From: Vicugna vicugna | Lineage: Eukaryota | Direction: 5' to 3' | Length of the DNA stretch: 64,000 nucleotides | NCBI GenBank assembly: GCA_013265495.1 | Contig: MU058793.1 | Location: 1-64,000, forward strand | Part shown: positions 47,355-60,629 of the stretch, piece after piece | How the letters are laid out: each line of letters opens with the position of its first letter | Position numbering within the stretch: the first letter of the stretch is position 1 | Position numbers and translations under genes: made by a program | Notes under the pieces: generated by a model | Told to the model about the DNA's origin: nothing | Databases searched by the model: none | What the model saw: only the letters and a program-made list of their open reading frames with translations

Positions 47355-48716
47355 CTTTCTTTGAGCTTTACTGAGCTATAACTGGCACATAAAATTGTAA
47401 GATATTTAAAGTGTGCATCGTGGTGATTTGATGTATGTATATATTGTGAAAGGATTCCCACCAGCTAGTTAACTAGTATGTCCATCACCTCACATATTTA
47501 CCTTTTGGTGGTGGTGGTGGCAATGAGACATTTGCGTTTTACTCTCTTGGCTTATTTCAATTATACAATGTACTGTTATCAACTACTGGCACCGTGTATT
47601 TTATTAGATACATAGATAACGTTACACATCAGACCTTATTCATCTTACAGCTGAAAGTATGTACCCTTTTACCAGCCTCTCCTCATTTCTCCAGCCCCTG
47701 GGAAAGACTTTCTACTTTCTCTTTCTATGGCTGTGGCTTTTTATTTAGAGTCCACAAATGTGTCANNNNNNNNNNNNNNNNNNNNNNNNNNNNNNNNNNN
47801 NNNNNNNNNNNNNNNNNNNNNNNNNNNNNNNNNNNNNNNNNNNNNNNNNNNNNNNNNNNNNNNNNNNNNNNNNNNNNNNNNNNNNNNNNNNNNNNNNNNN
47901 NNNNNNNNNNNNNNNNNNNNNNNNNNNNNATTTCACAATATATATATATATATATATACCATATCTTCTTTGTCCATTCATCTGCTGACATTTAGGTTGT
48001 TCCCATATCTTGGCTACTGTAACTAATGCTGCAATGAACATGGTGGTAGAGATAGTCACATCAATATCCTGTTTTCATTTCCTTTGGATATATACTCAGA
48101 AGTGGAATTCCTGCATCATGTGGTAGTCTTATTTTTAATTTTTTTTTTGAGGAACTTCTATACTATTTTCCATAGTGGCGACACCAATTTACATTCCCAA
48201 GAGGGCACAAGAGTTCCCTTTTCTCCGTATCCTCCCCAACACTTATATTTTGTGTTTTTGATGACAGCTGCATTCTGCCAGGTGTGAGGTGATATCTCAC
48301 TGTGGCTCTGATTTGCATTTTCCTGAAGATTAGTGACATGAAGCACCTTTTTGTGAACCTATTGGCCATTGTATGTCTTCTCTGGGAATATGTCTATTCA
48401 GTTCCTCTGCCCACTTTTTAATCAGATATTTTTTAACTTTTAAGTTGTGTGAGTTCTTTATATAGTTTGGATGTTAACACTTTACCAGATATATGATTTA
48501 CAAATATTTTCTCCCATTACGTAGGTTGCCTTTTCATTTCCTTAATGGTTTCCCTTGCTGTACAGAACCTTTTTAGTTTGATAAAGTCCTTGATTATTTT
48601 TGCTTTTGTTGCCTTCACTTTTGGTGTCAAATCAAATAAAAAAATCATTGCCTATGCTCTCTTCTAGCAGTTTTATAGTTTCAGGTATTACATTTAGGTT
48701 TTTAATTCATTCTGAA
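47355..48716 (-). mobile_element. L1MA-type LINE-1, 3' UTR plus ORF2 C-terminus (decayed)
   Basis: Minus ORFs [33 protein letters not shown] and [18 protein letters not shown] match L1 ORF2 C-terminal motifs; frameshifted. Confidence 0.92.
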
Positions 48717-48745
48717 CAACCTTTACCATGAATTCAGATGATAAC

Positions 48746-49105
48746 TGCAAAGGACCGAATGTTTACATCCTCTCAATATTCATGTATGGAAACCCTAATC
48801 CCAACGTGATTTTATTTGGAGTTGGAGCCTTTTGAAGGTAATTAGGTTATGAGAATGGAGCCCTCATGAATGTGCTTTATCTCTTTACAAGAAGAAGCCA
48901 GAGAGCTAGATAGCCCACTTCCCATCATGTGAGGACACAGCAAGAAGATGGCCAATTACACACCAGGAAGAGAGCTCTTATCAGAACCTGACCAAGTTGG
49001 CACCATGATCTCAGATTTCTAGGCCCCAAAATAGTGAGAAATAAGTATAAGTTGTTAATAAGTCACCCAGTCTATGATTCTTTGTGATAGCAGCACAAAG
49101 ATAAT
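48746..49105 (+). mobile_element. MLT1A/B-type MaLR solo LTR
   Basis: gaccgaatgtttacatcctc...gtaattaggttatgagaatggagccctcatgaat...catgtgaggacacagcaagaagatggcc...gtgagaaataa...aagtcacccagtctatg. Confidence 0.88.
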
Positions 49106-49127
49106 GGCTATATCTTTAAAGGTTTTA

Positions 49128-49370
49128 CAGGGGGTGGTAAATTAGGCTTGTAGGCCAAGTCTGTCCTGCCAAATGTTTTTGTATAGCTTGCAAGGTCACA
49201 ATGGTTTCTACATTTTTAAATGACTGAGGAAAAAAATCAAAAGAATAATGATATTTTATGACACATGAAATTTTTATGAAATCAGGTTTTACTGTCTATA
49301 AATACAATTTTATTGGAACACAACCATGCCCATTTATTTACAAAATCATTTTCTGTGGCTGTGGCAGAGT
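49128..49370 (+). mobile_element. MER58B hAT-Charlie element (end under the N-run)
   Basis: cagggggtggtaaa...atggtttctacatttttaaatg...atgacacatgaaatttttatgaaatc...ttttattggaacacaaccatgccc. Confidence 0.85.
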
Positions 49371-49498
49371 NNNNNNNNNNNNNNNNNNNNNNNNNNNNNN
49401 NNNNNNNNNNNNNNNNNNNNNNNNNNNNNNNNNNNNNNNNNNNNNNNNNNNNNNNNNNNNNNNNNNNNNNNNNNNNNNNNNNNNNNNNNNNNNNNNNN

Positions 49499-49640
49499 AT
49501 GTCAGATAAACAACAAGTGATTTTTAGTATGTCTCAAATATTGCATAGAACATACACACTCAAACATATTTTTTCTTCATCTGAAATTCAATGTGAACTG
49601 GGAATTGTATATTTTTATTTGCAACTCTGGCGATCTTAAC
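49499..49640. mobile_element. MER33-type palindromic hAT MITE (start under the N-run)
   Basis: tcagataaacaac...tttttagtatgtctcaaatattgcat...tcatctgaaattcaatgtgaactggg. Confidence 0.75.
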
Positions 49641-50599
49641 CTGGGCTAGAATATGGTTATCTATTGGATAGCTAACTATGGGTATTTATCTAGTTATCTA
49701 ACCATGTATCTATGCTTACCTATCAAGATGAAGACCTATCAGGATCTCACTGATAGAGAAAAGCAAGAGACACCGATGAGAAATCTCCCAGGGAGACTTC
49801 TAGCCTCTTCAAATCAGCAGTGAATATTTTGGACACCAAGACTTTGATTTTGAACTCAGTTCAAAGGCACTGGGAGTGAAAAGGACTGCTTAAACGGTTA
49901 CTGGGAAAATGGTTTAAATTTTATTATACTAATGGTTAAGAAGATGCCTAGGTTGAAAAATCCCCCGGTAAAAAGTATTTTTGCTTTTAGATTAACACAT
50001 TAGGGAAACGGTCTCAGTATGTGTTTTTAAGTGCATATGCTCATAACTTATTATTGGTTTTCAATAATTTTCATAGTGACTTTTGTACTTTTAAAATAGG
50101 AATCAGCATCCAGGAACAGAAATCCCATTTGTAATATTTACATAGAGAATAATGGGGTACACTTAAAAGGGCTCGACTCTCAAATAGCCTCCAGGAATAC
50201 ATTAAACCAAAGTCAAGGGTCTGAAAAACCAACTTTGCCTTCCTCTCCATTTTTCTGAGAGCCAGCCCTACCCTCGCCTGGAGAGGCTGAAAAGAAATGT
50301 TCCCTTCAGCCGAACATGAGTAGGCTTATGTAAGATACAGGTAAGTTNNNNNNNNNNNNNNNNNNNNNNNNNNNNNNNNNNNNNNNNNNNNNNNNNNNNN
50401 NNNNNNNNNNNNNNNNNNNNNNNNNNNNNNNNNNNNNNNNNNNNNNNNNNNNNNNNNNNNNNNNNNNNNNNNNNNNNNNNNNNNNNNNNNNNNNNNNNNN
50501 NNNNNNNNNNNTAAGAGGCTGAATGAGGCAAGCAGGAGGTGGCTTGCTTACTTAAACACACTTGACTTACCTGCAGGGGAATCAAGCAATCTAGAGGGT

Positions 50600-50760
50600 C
50601 ACGGATGGACGGCCTTGGAGAGCCCCTTCCCCTCTACACTGAGCAGATAAAGAAACTGAGGCCCAGAGAGGGGAAGGAATTTGGCCATTACAAAGAAGTT
50701 TTGTGCCAGAGCTAGAAATATCGCTCAGGTTTCTTAAGCTCTTAGTCCTTCCCTCCCCCA
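50600..50760 (-). mobile_element. MIR fragment
   Basis: agataaagaaactgaggcccagagaggggaaggaatttggcc. Confidence 0.65.
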
Positions 50761-52879
50761 CCATCAGCAGCACATTCTCCTATGTGTACAAATTTGAAAA
50801 AAGGACACAACTTCCCAGATACTATCTCTTTGAAGAGCAGAGTCACCTATAGGGACAACTGAAACAATGTTTTCCAAGTATGGAACACATACCCGTAACA
50901 CTACTCAAGATGATTAAAGATGTCAAGCAAATAAACCTTTTAAAGTTAAATGATGTGTTTATTTTAATGCATTACAAAACACACATCAAAGTTATGATCT
51001 GGGGGGGGAGGTGCACCAAACCCATGAATTTGTAGATATTATTGCCTAGGTCAAAGCTAAGTCCTACACAGGGATTTAATTTGAAACCACTTTAAATATA
51101 GTTATTCCCCATCCCATGTTTTCAATTACATCTATGTGTATCTTTTTTTTATTATTATTTTTCATAATCAACTTTGGTGTTTTAAAGATAGGAATTAGCA
51201 TTCAAGAACCAAAATTAAAAGGCTCACACACTGATGATAACACAGGGGTCTACAGACATAGCAAAAATAACATAGGTGACATTTGAAGGACCAATGTTTA
51301 GGGGAACCTAAGTTATAACAACACTGAATCAAAAGTATTAATATAAGTTTTAGTAATAGTTGAAAATATATAATCTAATAGTTATAACTCTGTTATAATA
51401 TATTATAATACCTAAGCAGTATACTACACACACAAAAACACAAAGAATATATGTTACTAAAATGGTCCATGTTTGGCTCCTATACCTCAGTCACTGCTGC
51501 AATTCCCCATCTGATGCACCAGCACCTACATTCTCTTGCTCATTTCCTGTGACATAGTTTACTCCTAAGAAATTCAAACAAAGGCGTCCCATTCCCAGTC
51601 TGGCACAAGTCTGAAGAATGACACAGGAGGGCACAACTTTGCCACACCCATCTGAAGGAAGAGGAGATAAGTGAGGCTACTTGACACTTGATGGGGAGCC
51701 CATAGAAGGATGGGGTGACCAGGATGACCAATCTGGCTGTCACAGTTGGGGGCTGCCACCTTCAGGGGCTGTGGACCTGAGGGAGCACTGTAGTGGAATA
51801 TGCATAGTAGAGAATGTGGGCATGGTCTACATGTGTGGCCAAGCCTACGGGTCTGCCAGGGACTGCTGGTCGCCCAGAGATGTCATATACCTGATGTGAG
51901 AGCCATTCAAAATCAGGATATCAGCAGCATTCTGGCTGTAGGATCCCACAGGATCCTATGAACACAGATACAGTGCCACAGGGGGAGCAATCAGCTTCCA
52001 GGCCACCGTCCTAGAAGCAAGGCCATCAATCGACTCCACATGTGGAGCTCAGTAAGTAGAGGGTCGGAGAGTGCCCTGAAGGGGAGGAACCTGGACTGGG
52101 CCCATGTGAATCCCAGCTGGCTCAGATATTCCAAGTACAGGAGGGGTCTTTAGAAAATTTCCAACATGGCATTCCCAAAACTGGGGGCCCTGGAGGCTAG
52201 GCTAGGGCAAGGGCTTGCTTGCCCATCTCGAAGGATTTTAGGGCTGTGTAATAAGGGGAAGAGGTCAGAGAAGTCAGAGGCCTTCTTTTGAGCCTCTCTT
52301 GGTACTCAGGGGAAAGAAGTTCATTGAACGGCCTGGCCTGGCTATGGAGAGGAGCCCCTGTTCTCCAAACTACTCCGAACTACTCTGAACGTCTATTCTC
52401 TGATGATAGCCAAACAGCACTCAGAAGCCAAAAGGGCACAGCTGGCCCTGCTCTGGCTGCCTCCTGGAGTCAGGGGCAAGGCAGGACTCTGGGCAGTGAT
52501 GGACAGGAGTTTGCTGGGAGGTAGGGTGTCTAGGGCAGGGGTTAGATCATGGTGATATGACAGTATATGAAGGGCTGGTCAGAAGGGACGTTAGCCCCCG
52601 GCCAGCCTGGGGGACCAATGACTCCCTGCAAAGGCAGGTTGATGGGGGGTTCCTGCTGTGCCAGAGGCTAGCCCTGGGTGGTGAGGGAGGGTGCAGAGGC
52701 TGCACAAAGCAGACTACTTGCCCTTTAAATTAAGAATCTGATGAAAAAGGAGCAGATTTTCATCCTTTAGGAACTCCAACTCAGATGGGGGTGGTAGGAG
52801 GTGGAGGGAGGGATACAGTTAAAAACAGCAGCAACAACAACAGACCAATGGGGTAGTGGGGGAGGGGAAGCCAGTGCAC

Positions 52880-53095
52880 CTGTGCTTACCTGGGAGTATT
52901 TAGTGAGCACCTATTTTGTGACAGTCACTGCGATAAGCACCTTACATGACTTCCTTCATCTAATTCCCCTAACACCTCTAGAGATGCTATCATTAGCCCC
53001 ATGTTACAGAGGAGGAAACTGAGCACAGAGAATTTCAGTAACTTCCTTAGAGTCACACAGCTAATAAATGGTGCAGTCAGAATTAGAACACAGCT
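52880..53095 (-). mobile_element. MIR SINE
   Basis: tatttagtgagcacctattttgtg...cccatgttacagaggaggaaactgagcacagagaatttcagtaacttccttagagtcacacagctaataaatgg. Confidence 0.8.
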
Positions 53096-53108
53096 TTGTC
53101 TGTTTCTT

Positions 53109-53445
53109 TTTTCTTTTTTTGAAGTGAGGTATAATTGACATAACATTATTTTCATTCCAGGTGTACAGGGTAATGATTCTATATTTGTATGTATTGCAAA
53201 ATGATCATGACCATAAGTCCAGTTAACATCCATCACGATACATAGTCATTAACTTTTTTTCCCTTGATGAAAACTTTCAAGAACCACTCTCCTAGCTACC
53301 TTCAAATATGCCACATAGAAGTGAGATCACCAGGTACTCACCTTTTTCTGTTTGACTCACTTTACTTAACACAGTGCCCTCGTGGTCCATCCATGTTGTC
53401 ACAAGTGACAAGATTTCATTCCTTTTTATGGCTGAATAATATTTT
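53109..53445 (-). mobile_element. 5'-truncated L1MA-type 3' end with perfect 17-bp TSD
   Basis: agctttgtctgtttctt at 53092-53108 and 53446-53462; gaggtataattgacataac...gatttcattcctttttatggctgaataatatt. Confidence 0.9.
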
Positions 53446-55794
53446 AGCTTTGTCTGTTTCTTAACTCCTGTTTAATTGTTCCTTTTTGTTTTGTTTTTCT
53501 GGGTTTTTTATTTGGTTTGGTTTGTTTTTCCCTATGTTCTGCTGCTTTCTTTAGAGTTCCTGATTCACCAGAATATATCCTTGGAATACAGTTTTACTAG
53601 AGAGTGTGTATATAAGGTAGGATGAAAGGCGAGAGAAAGAGACAGAGAAGACAGGGAAAGTTGAGCTGTGAGAGAGGGCTGAAATTTTGGAGAAAGAATA
53701 TTTGGAAATATTCACAAGAACAAAAATAACATATTTGTCTATCTGTTTTTCAATGGAGAGTCTCCATAGGGGAAAAAAAAAGGTTTTGCCTTGCTTCATC
53801 AATTTAGATAATTAAGAAGGATAGACAGAGAGGTGAAATACAAAAGGAAATAAAAAGAACACTGGATATGTAGTTGAAGCTGGACTTAAAGTCCAGCTCT
53901 TCTACCTTGCAAAGTCACATCACCTCCACCCATTCATGAAATGAGGATAATAATTATTTGTGTAACCCACATAAACTTAAGTTGCCTCGTGGTCAGTCTG
54001 AGCACAATATCAGGTTTTTAAAAAGTATCAGTCTGACAGTCTTTCTATACTGAAAGGCAACTTTCTTCTTTACTGAAGTCACATTAAGAGATGACAAAGA
54101 ACTGCACTCATATATTTATAAAACTTACAAAGTTCTTTCCCAGTCTTGCTCACATTATCTCTCACAAAGGAGCAGCACCCTCAGTCTCAACTTTCTCCCT
54201 CCAAAATCCCACCTCCCTCAAAATTCAACACCCTCTCCTCTCCTCTCCTCTCCTCTCGTTCCTCCTCATCCTTCCCTCCCTCTATTTTTGTCTTCCTCTC
54301 TCGCTCCTACACTTCTCTCTTCCCGCCCCATTTACACTATCTAGTAATGCAATCCAGACTGGCTTATTTCTCCAGTTCTCTGCCTCACCTGTAATCACAA
54401 ACATCACAAGAAGGCTCAGGCACTAGGCAAGCCAATAGAGACCTCTTCTCAGAAGGCCAAGGGTAGGAGGAGGCAGTGAATATATACATATGACTACTTT
54501 TTACTGCTGTCATACGGAATTTGCCCTAGGCTGTTGTGAAGGTCAGTGAGATTATGCTACCAAACACACTATACCTGGAAGGGGTGTTTATTATCCTTTC
54601 CCTCCATATGATGACTTTCCAGCACACTATTTGCCAAAGTATCATGTGTTTTATTTTAATTGTGACATACTTCAATTTGCATTTGGGAAAAAAAAGCTGT
54701 CATACACCTACTTATCAACTGAGTATGTTTGGACAGCCTGTCAGAGGTTGGGCTGAATGCTTCTGGGATTCTGATTTATATCCCAGCATGAAAGACACTG
54801 AATGGGTAGAATCTGCTATGTCTAAGCAACCACACCTGGGTGATTATAAAATTGTGGAAAAGCCAAGATTCATCACAAGATTCTTTGGACAGATCTCAGT
54901 GGTGATGGAACTTAAAACATCCGCCTTTTCTTCCCAGCTAGTTACTGAAGTGTTATCTCCTCTCTGATAAAGCATGGAGAGTGATCTTGGGTCTGGGCTT
55001 CATCAGGAAGCTCCCCAGTGATTCCATGTTATCCAGGAATGCCATATTATGCTACTAGACTGTGTCAGCACTGCTGGGTATAGCAGGCAGGGCTGTTAGC
55101 TTCAACCTCCCTCTTGAAGGTAACATCTCGGTTTCATCATCAAAGGAATACAGAGCTTGTTCACTTATTAATTCTTAAGACCACAACTTCCTTTTAAATA
55201 TAACTATGATGTCACTGCCCAAGATTTCTAAGTTTCTTCTTTTTTCTTTTCCTTAACTTCTTCTGGAAATTTTGCTGAGAAGCTCACAATTTCTAAAACA
55301 CAAATGCCATAGCAATAGGACTTCAAATTCATCAGAAAACAAATTAAAAAACCACACATACTGAAAGTTTTTATCTTACTCTGGTTTATCTGGAAAATTA
55401 TTTTCCACACAAGAGGAAAAATCTTCATCTTTGATTTAAGACATTGTCTTTATTTAACTTGTACATTTTGGGGAAAAGTTGCAAGGTTTTATGATTGACC
55501 TAATTCTTCATAAATACCTTTCAGTCAAAATTCAGGAACACTAATCAAACACAAAATACCCTTTTGCCTGACATTTAGAGAAAAAGGTAAAATTACATAA
55601 ACTGATGAAAGATAACACTGGAAAAGCCACCCTCTGTGACTGGATTTTAATCATCTGTTTTCAGATTTAAATTTTCCCATCCTGCTCCAGCACACCTAGA
55701 AGGCATTCCTAGCAAGATGCATCACCTCACATTTTTTAGGGTCTTTGTATTTTCTAAAGGACTTCCACGTGCATTACAATGTTTATGCCTCATG

Positions 55795-55896
55795 TAAGGT
55801 GACCAAGGTCCCAGTTTGTCCCAGTTTTAGCACTAAAAGTCTGGTGTTCCAGGAAACTCTTTAGTCCTGTTCAAAATAGAACAGTTGGTCACTGCA
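55795..55896. mobile_element. MER81-like hAT-Blackjack MITE
   Basis: Terminal inverted repeat gtgaccaa (55799-55806) / ttggtcac (55885-55892); internal gtcccagttttagcactaaaagtc. Confidence 0.75.
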
Positions 55897-55999
55897 ACCT
55901 AGCAACTCAATGAGTTAGGAAGGGCAGGGTTTATGCCCATTTAACACATAAAGAAAATGAAGTACAGTTGTATCGCTTCCCCTAAGGTCACAGAACATC

Positions 56000-56700
56000 T
56001 TATTTTAGTCCACTTCTCTCTCCACTGAAATCTACACCATAAATCTTCCTTATAGGCTCTGAGCTTCTCATGAGCAGGGATTTTATCTTCTTCATCTCTA
56101 CATCCCTGCCCCTGCAACAGTTCCTGGCTCCGAGGAGTTTCCCCCACAATCAAAATATTGGAAATAGTGGTTTTCCTTATCTTTCTAAGGCCTATAGTAT
56201 AACTGACTCAGATCAACACTAAACACTCCAAGAAAAATCCAGATGACAAGAAAAGTTGTCAACCCAGTGAGGACACCATTTTGCCTCTCCTACCGGAGGG
56301 CTCCATTGCCCTGATGCTGCATTTCCACAAGACGCATCATCAGTCTCTTCCAGATTTTTAATTCTCCATGTTAAATACATCAAATCCAGTCATCTCTGTC
56401 ATCAGAATCTCTCTCCTTTCACATCTACAACTCCATCCCTGGTGCTGAAGTGCTGGTCCAAGTCCTCATTGCTCACCTTTCATTTCTCCCTGTTTTTTAT
56501 CCCACATACAAATCTAGACTTATCTTCCTAAAATTTCCCTCCCTTCTGTCACTCTTCAACTCATGAACTTATAATGGCTCCCAGATGCTTAACAAGTTGA
56601 AATTCCCTTCTTACCATGAAAGTTCCCTAAAAATCCCTTCCCCCACAAACTACTTGATCTTGCTCCCTACTCTTTCTTAAGTAAGCTCCCCATTTAAACC
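56000..56700 (+). mobile_element. L2 fragments
   Basis: tgagcttctcatgagcagggattttatcttcttcatctctacatccc; ctggtccaagtcctcattgctcacc...cttcaactcatgaacttataatggctccc. Confidence 0.5.
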
Positions 56701-57224
56701 AAGAATCTCTTTCTGTTTCTCTCTCATTTTCTCTCTCTTTCTCTCTCTCTCAATATTCTCTGAGCTTCAAATGTCTGTGAAACATTTTGCAGACACTGCA
56801 GAACATAGATACGAGACAAGAGAGAGTGGGAAGTTTATCCCACAAACCTGGGGGCCCTGGTTTCTGCGTGGTGGGTACTTGATGTCATTGGAGTAGAAAA
56901 AGTCACCCAAGCAGAGACCCTAATTCACAGCTCACACAGAGGTGGCCCTTGACCTGAATTTCTATTCTTTTTTCAGTACCTTACAATAATTTTTTAATTG
57001 AAGCAGTTTTCAATGTTTTAAAATATAGTCTTAATATAGCACTTAATATAGCTTCTCTTGAGAAGGTTTTAGACCTGGCCACCTGTGGCTGCTCTTCTAC
57101 CTGGCAACAATTTGCTGGACTTAAGCTGTTCTTTAAATGAGGCAGATATTCACTAATCCCTTCTTTACCCCATTATCTTATTTATATGAGTCTACAGGCT
57201 TCTTAATTTGTGACCCTTTGTGTA

Positions 57225-57345
57225 AAGAAAATGGAAGGCAGAAAAAGGGCAGGGAGACAAAATAAAGAAAGAGAGAAGGGAAGAGAGAGGAAAAGAGAGA
57301 AAGAGGAAAAAGAAAAGCAAAAGGAAGTGAAGGGGAGACCCAAGA
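57225..57345. repeat. GA-rich polypurine low-complexity tract
   Basis: Directly visible aaagaaagagagaagggaagagaggaaaagagagaaagagg. Confidence 0.8.
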
Positions 57346-60134
57346 AAGGTGGGGAGTGCAGGCTTTACAGTTGCATGAGGGCCAGTCCCTCCACAAATTT
57401 GTGGATGATGGTTCCCATTATAGTCTCTCTCACACCATGGAGAAATACTGCAGAAAGTCCAGAACACAAAGGAAGGAATTTAGCTGAGACAGGAGTGAAA
57501 ATCCACTGAAGAAGAAAAACAAAGATGGCATCCACTGTGACACTGAAACACATGTTCAAAGACTGAGTAGCTATGAAACTTCCCCTCTGGGCCTGTCATC
57601 AGGGCCCATCTGAAATGCACACCTCCCATGACCTTTGTCTGTCCCCACCAGGTGAACACAGTCTGTCAGGCATCCATCTGCTTATCAGGCCCTGCCATTA
57701 GCAGTACTCTGTCCTTTATTTCCATCAGAGTCAAAACTGAGAACTTTACATAGGCCTGTCCCTTTGTCATATGCTGGTCTGCTGTGACCACAGACAGAAA
57801 ATCAAGTCTGCTCAGAGAAGGGGAAAAAACTCAGATCTGCACTGTGAAATATTGCACCCTCCAGTATCTACTTAGATGCCTCCTCCTGATTATACTGATA
57901 ATGTCCCTTTGTGTGAGGACCCCTCCAGAGCATCCTGGCTGCTACAGTTATATCCACATATCAAGAGAATATTTTAAGAAGCCCATATCCTCCAAACCTA
58001 GGGTTTCTGTGATGCCTCAGGCTGATTGGAAGTTTCAGAAAAGAGTCAAGAGGACAAGTGATTTGAATTATCTAATGTACAGGAGCAACAATGTTATCAG
58101 CTAAGGCTGTGAGATCAGACAAGCCAAGAGTTAAGACATAAAATAAATCCTGCTTCAAGATAAAGTGGAAGGGTGCCTGGGCTCTCTAACTTGTGTTCTC
58201 AGCACTAGGCCTTCATTAAATAAATCTCTACAAAATGATGGATTGGACGAGCAGAACTGCAAACTGAATATGCTGCCTACTGTGTAAGAGATAAACAGAG
58301 CTTTCATCTCCTTTTCTATCCTCTAAGTCTCATGGTTTCCCATTTCCAGCAGCCTCCGACAAGCTCCCTTATTAGCCTTAAGAGGGATAATTTTGATAAA
58401 CAAGTCAATATTACCCGATACTTTTAGGCTGTTTGCCTAAAATCGGGATTCACTGACGGGCTCCCGTGCTTAGATGGGAGGTGCTGACTGCTGTAATCTA
58501 CCTGTAATAGGCATTATGAGATTTAAGAAAAATAGCTCAGGCTGCAGTTGAGTCAGTTTAGGACAGATCATTATAAANNNNNNNNNNNNNNNNNNNNNNN
58601 NNNNNNNNNNNNNNNNNNNNNNNNNNNNNNNNNNNNNNNNNNNNNNNNNNNNNNNNNNNNNNNNNNNNNNNNNNNNNNNNNNNNNNNNNNNNNNNNNNNN
58701 NNNNNNNNNNNNNNNNNNNNNNNNNNNNNNNNNNNNNNNNNNNNNNNNNNNNNNNNNNNNNNNNNNNNNNNNNNNNNNNNNNNNNNNNNNNNNNNNNNNN
58801 NNNNNNNNNNNNNNNNNNNNNNNNNNNNNNNNNNNNNNNNNNNNNNNNNNNNNNNNNNNNNNNNNNNNNNNNNNNNNNNNNNNNNNNNNNNNNNNNNNNN
58901 NNNNNNNNNNNNNNNNNNNNNNNNNNNNNNNNNNNNNNNNNNNNNNNNNNNNNNNNNNNNNNNNNNNNNNNNNNNNNNNNNCTTACTTTGATTTACTCAC
59001 GTTTTGAAATATAACAGTAAAGGACAGGTCAATATTTGTTAAAGACACACACATGCCACAAAAAAAGCATATTTACCCATTATGGAGCATTCTTTCATGC
59101 CATCTATAGGAAAGTTGAACATCCTTTTCCATTTGGTGTTTATAAAATCTTTTCACAGATGAACAACTATTCTTTGGCTCAATTCTATAAATCATAATCG
59201 CATATTCCTTCCATATGTGCAAGTGCTCATGCTTTCGTTCCCTGTTATTGTCATTGTTACCAACATTAAGCACTCAAATGCTGACTGGCACAGCAAAAAC
59301 AACTCTTATCAGTTTCTACTGGTGCAAGCATAAAGACACATCCTTTCAATGTATGTGTGTCCTGCTCATGATCACAGACTTGCAAACGTATCAGAAAATG
59401 TTTGTGGACAGCCTGATACTAACTATATGAACAGAATCAGCAAATTTGAGAGCTAGAAGGCAACTTCTAAATGATTTGAAGGCTCAGAGAAGAGAAGAAA
59501 CTTGCCCACTGTCACACAGCAAATGAGTAAAAATGATGAGAGAAGAAGCCATGATCCTCAATGCCCTTTCTGATTTCTTTGCTATAACACTATGCTGATT
59601 GACAGTGGATTATGAGAAATGTGCCTCTTAATGCTCAGTATTTGACCAAGGGTCTAGCTTATAGTTGGTACTCCTTAAAGTTTTTTTTAACAGAATGGAC
59701 TTACAATGGATGTATGGATGGGTGGGTGGGTGGGTGGAAAACCTCTAGAGTCCAATTCAATCGTATCTTTTACAAATGCAGAATGTAAGATGTTTCCCAT
59801 TACTGTGCTGGCTATCTCTCAGATCTTGTAGAGCACTCCCAGGTACCCTGACAAGGTAAAGGGATCTCTCTGCATGACACTGAGCTGATCACAGATATAT
59901 GCCTTAAAGTAATGCAGGAAAACAAAAGAGCTGGTGCTTGCAGGTACTTCCCAAAACTCACAGACAGTCATGTAAACAACCTGTCCAACTAGGTAAGGCT
60001 GCAGTTATATCTGGCCCTGTGAGCCACTGCCTCTGCAAGATACAATGTAGTAGAGGCAAAAATAAGGAAAAAAGAATGGTAATAGTGTGTGTTTTCCAAA
60101 AAAATAAATTATTTCAATTCAAAGACCATTTTTT

Positions 60135-60418
60135 CTACTTTTTTTAAAGAATTGTGGTAAAATACACATAGCATAAAATTTACAACTTTAATCATTTTAA
60201 ATGACCAATTCAGTGGTATGAACTGTATTCACAATGATGTACAACCATCACCACAATCTATTTCCCAAAAGTTTCAAACTCTGTACCCATTAAGCAATAA
60301 CCCTCCATTTCCTGCTTCCTCCAGCCCCCGGTAACCTCTAATCTACTTTCTGGCTCTAAGAACTTACCTGTTCTAGATATTTCGTATCAGTAAAATCATA
60401 CAATATTTGTCCCTTTAT
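60135..60418 (-). mobile_element. L1MB-type 3' end
   Basis: aattgtggtaaaatacacatagcataaaattt...aattcagtgg...gtacaaccatcaccacaatcta...aaactctgtacccattaagcaataac...ggtaacctctaatctactttct. Confidence 0.85.
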
Positions 60419-60629
60419 GCAGAGGATTGTCTTTTTAACTATAAAAGCAATATATATCTGCTGCAAATATATAAAGCAATTTATGAATTTATAATAAAAT
60501 ATAAATGTCCCAAACCCCCCTTGCCCCTCCTCCTTGCTTCACTTTGTCACTCTCCAGATGTGGCCACTGACAACAGTCTGGTGTATCCCTCCCTGTGTTT
60601 GTCTAGGCATGAACACTTAAATTTCATAA

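Larger units (their letters stand above)
2603..58981. other. 13 N-runs (unknown or masked bases)
   Basis: 2603-2758, 21750-21889, 21983-22138, 23596-23750, 26791-26926, 27184-27458, 31848-31977, 32567-32700, 36625-36844, 47766-47929, 49371-49498, 50348-50511, 58578-58981. Confidence 0.97.

Noticed and set aside
47763-48369. L1 ORF2-like peptides as a CDS
   Set aside because: Fragmented and frameshifted relic of a retrotransposon, not a functional gene.
2603-50511. Idea that the roughly 150-bp N-runs are unassembled camelid SINEs
   Set aside because: In several runs the flanking repeat resumes about one run-length further along its consensus, leaving no room for an extra insertion.
54536-54967. 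143-aa ORF starting at GTG
   Set aside because: No homology recognised, composition not coding-like, non-ATG start.
21614-58991. ORFs containing long X runs
   Set aside because: They are extended artificially by N-runs, which contain no stop codons.
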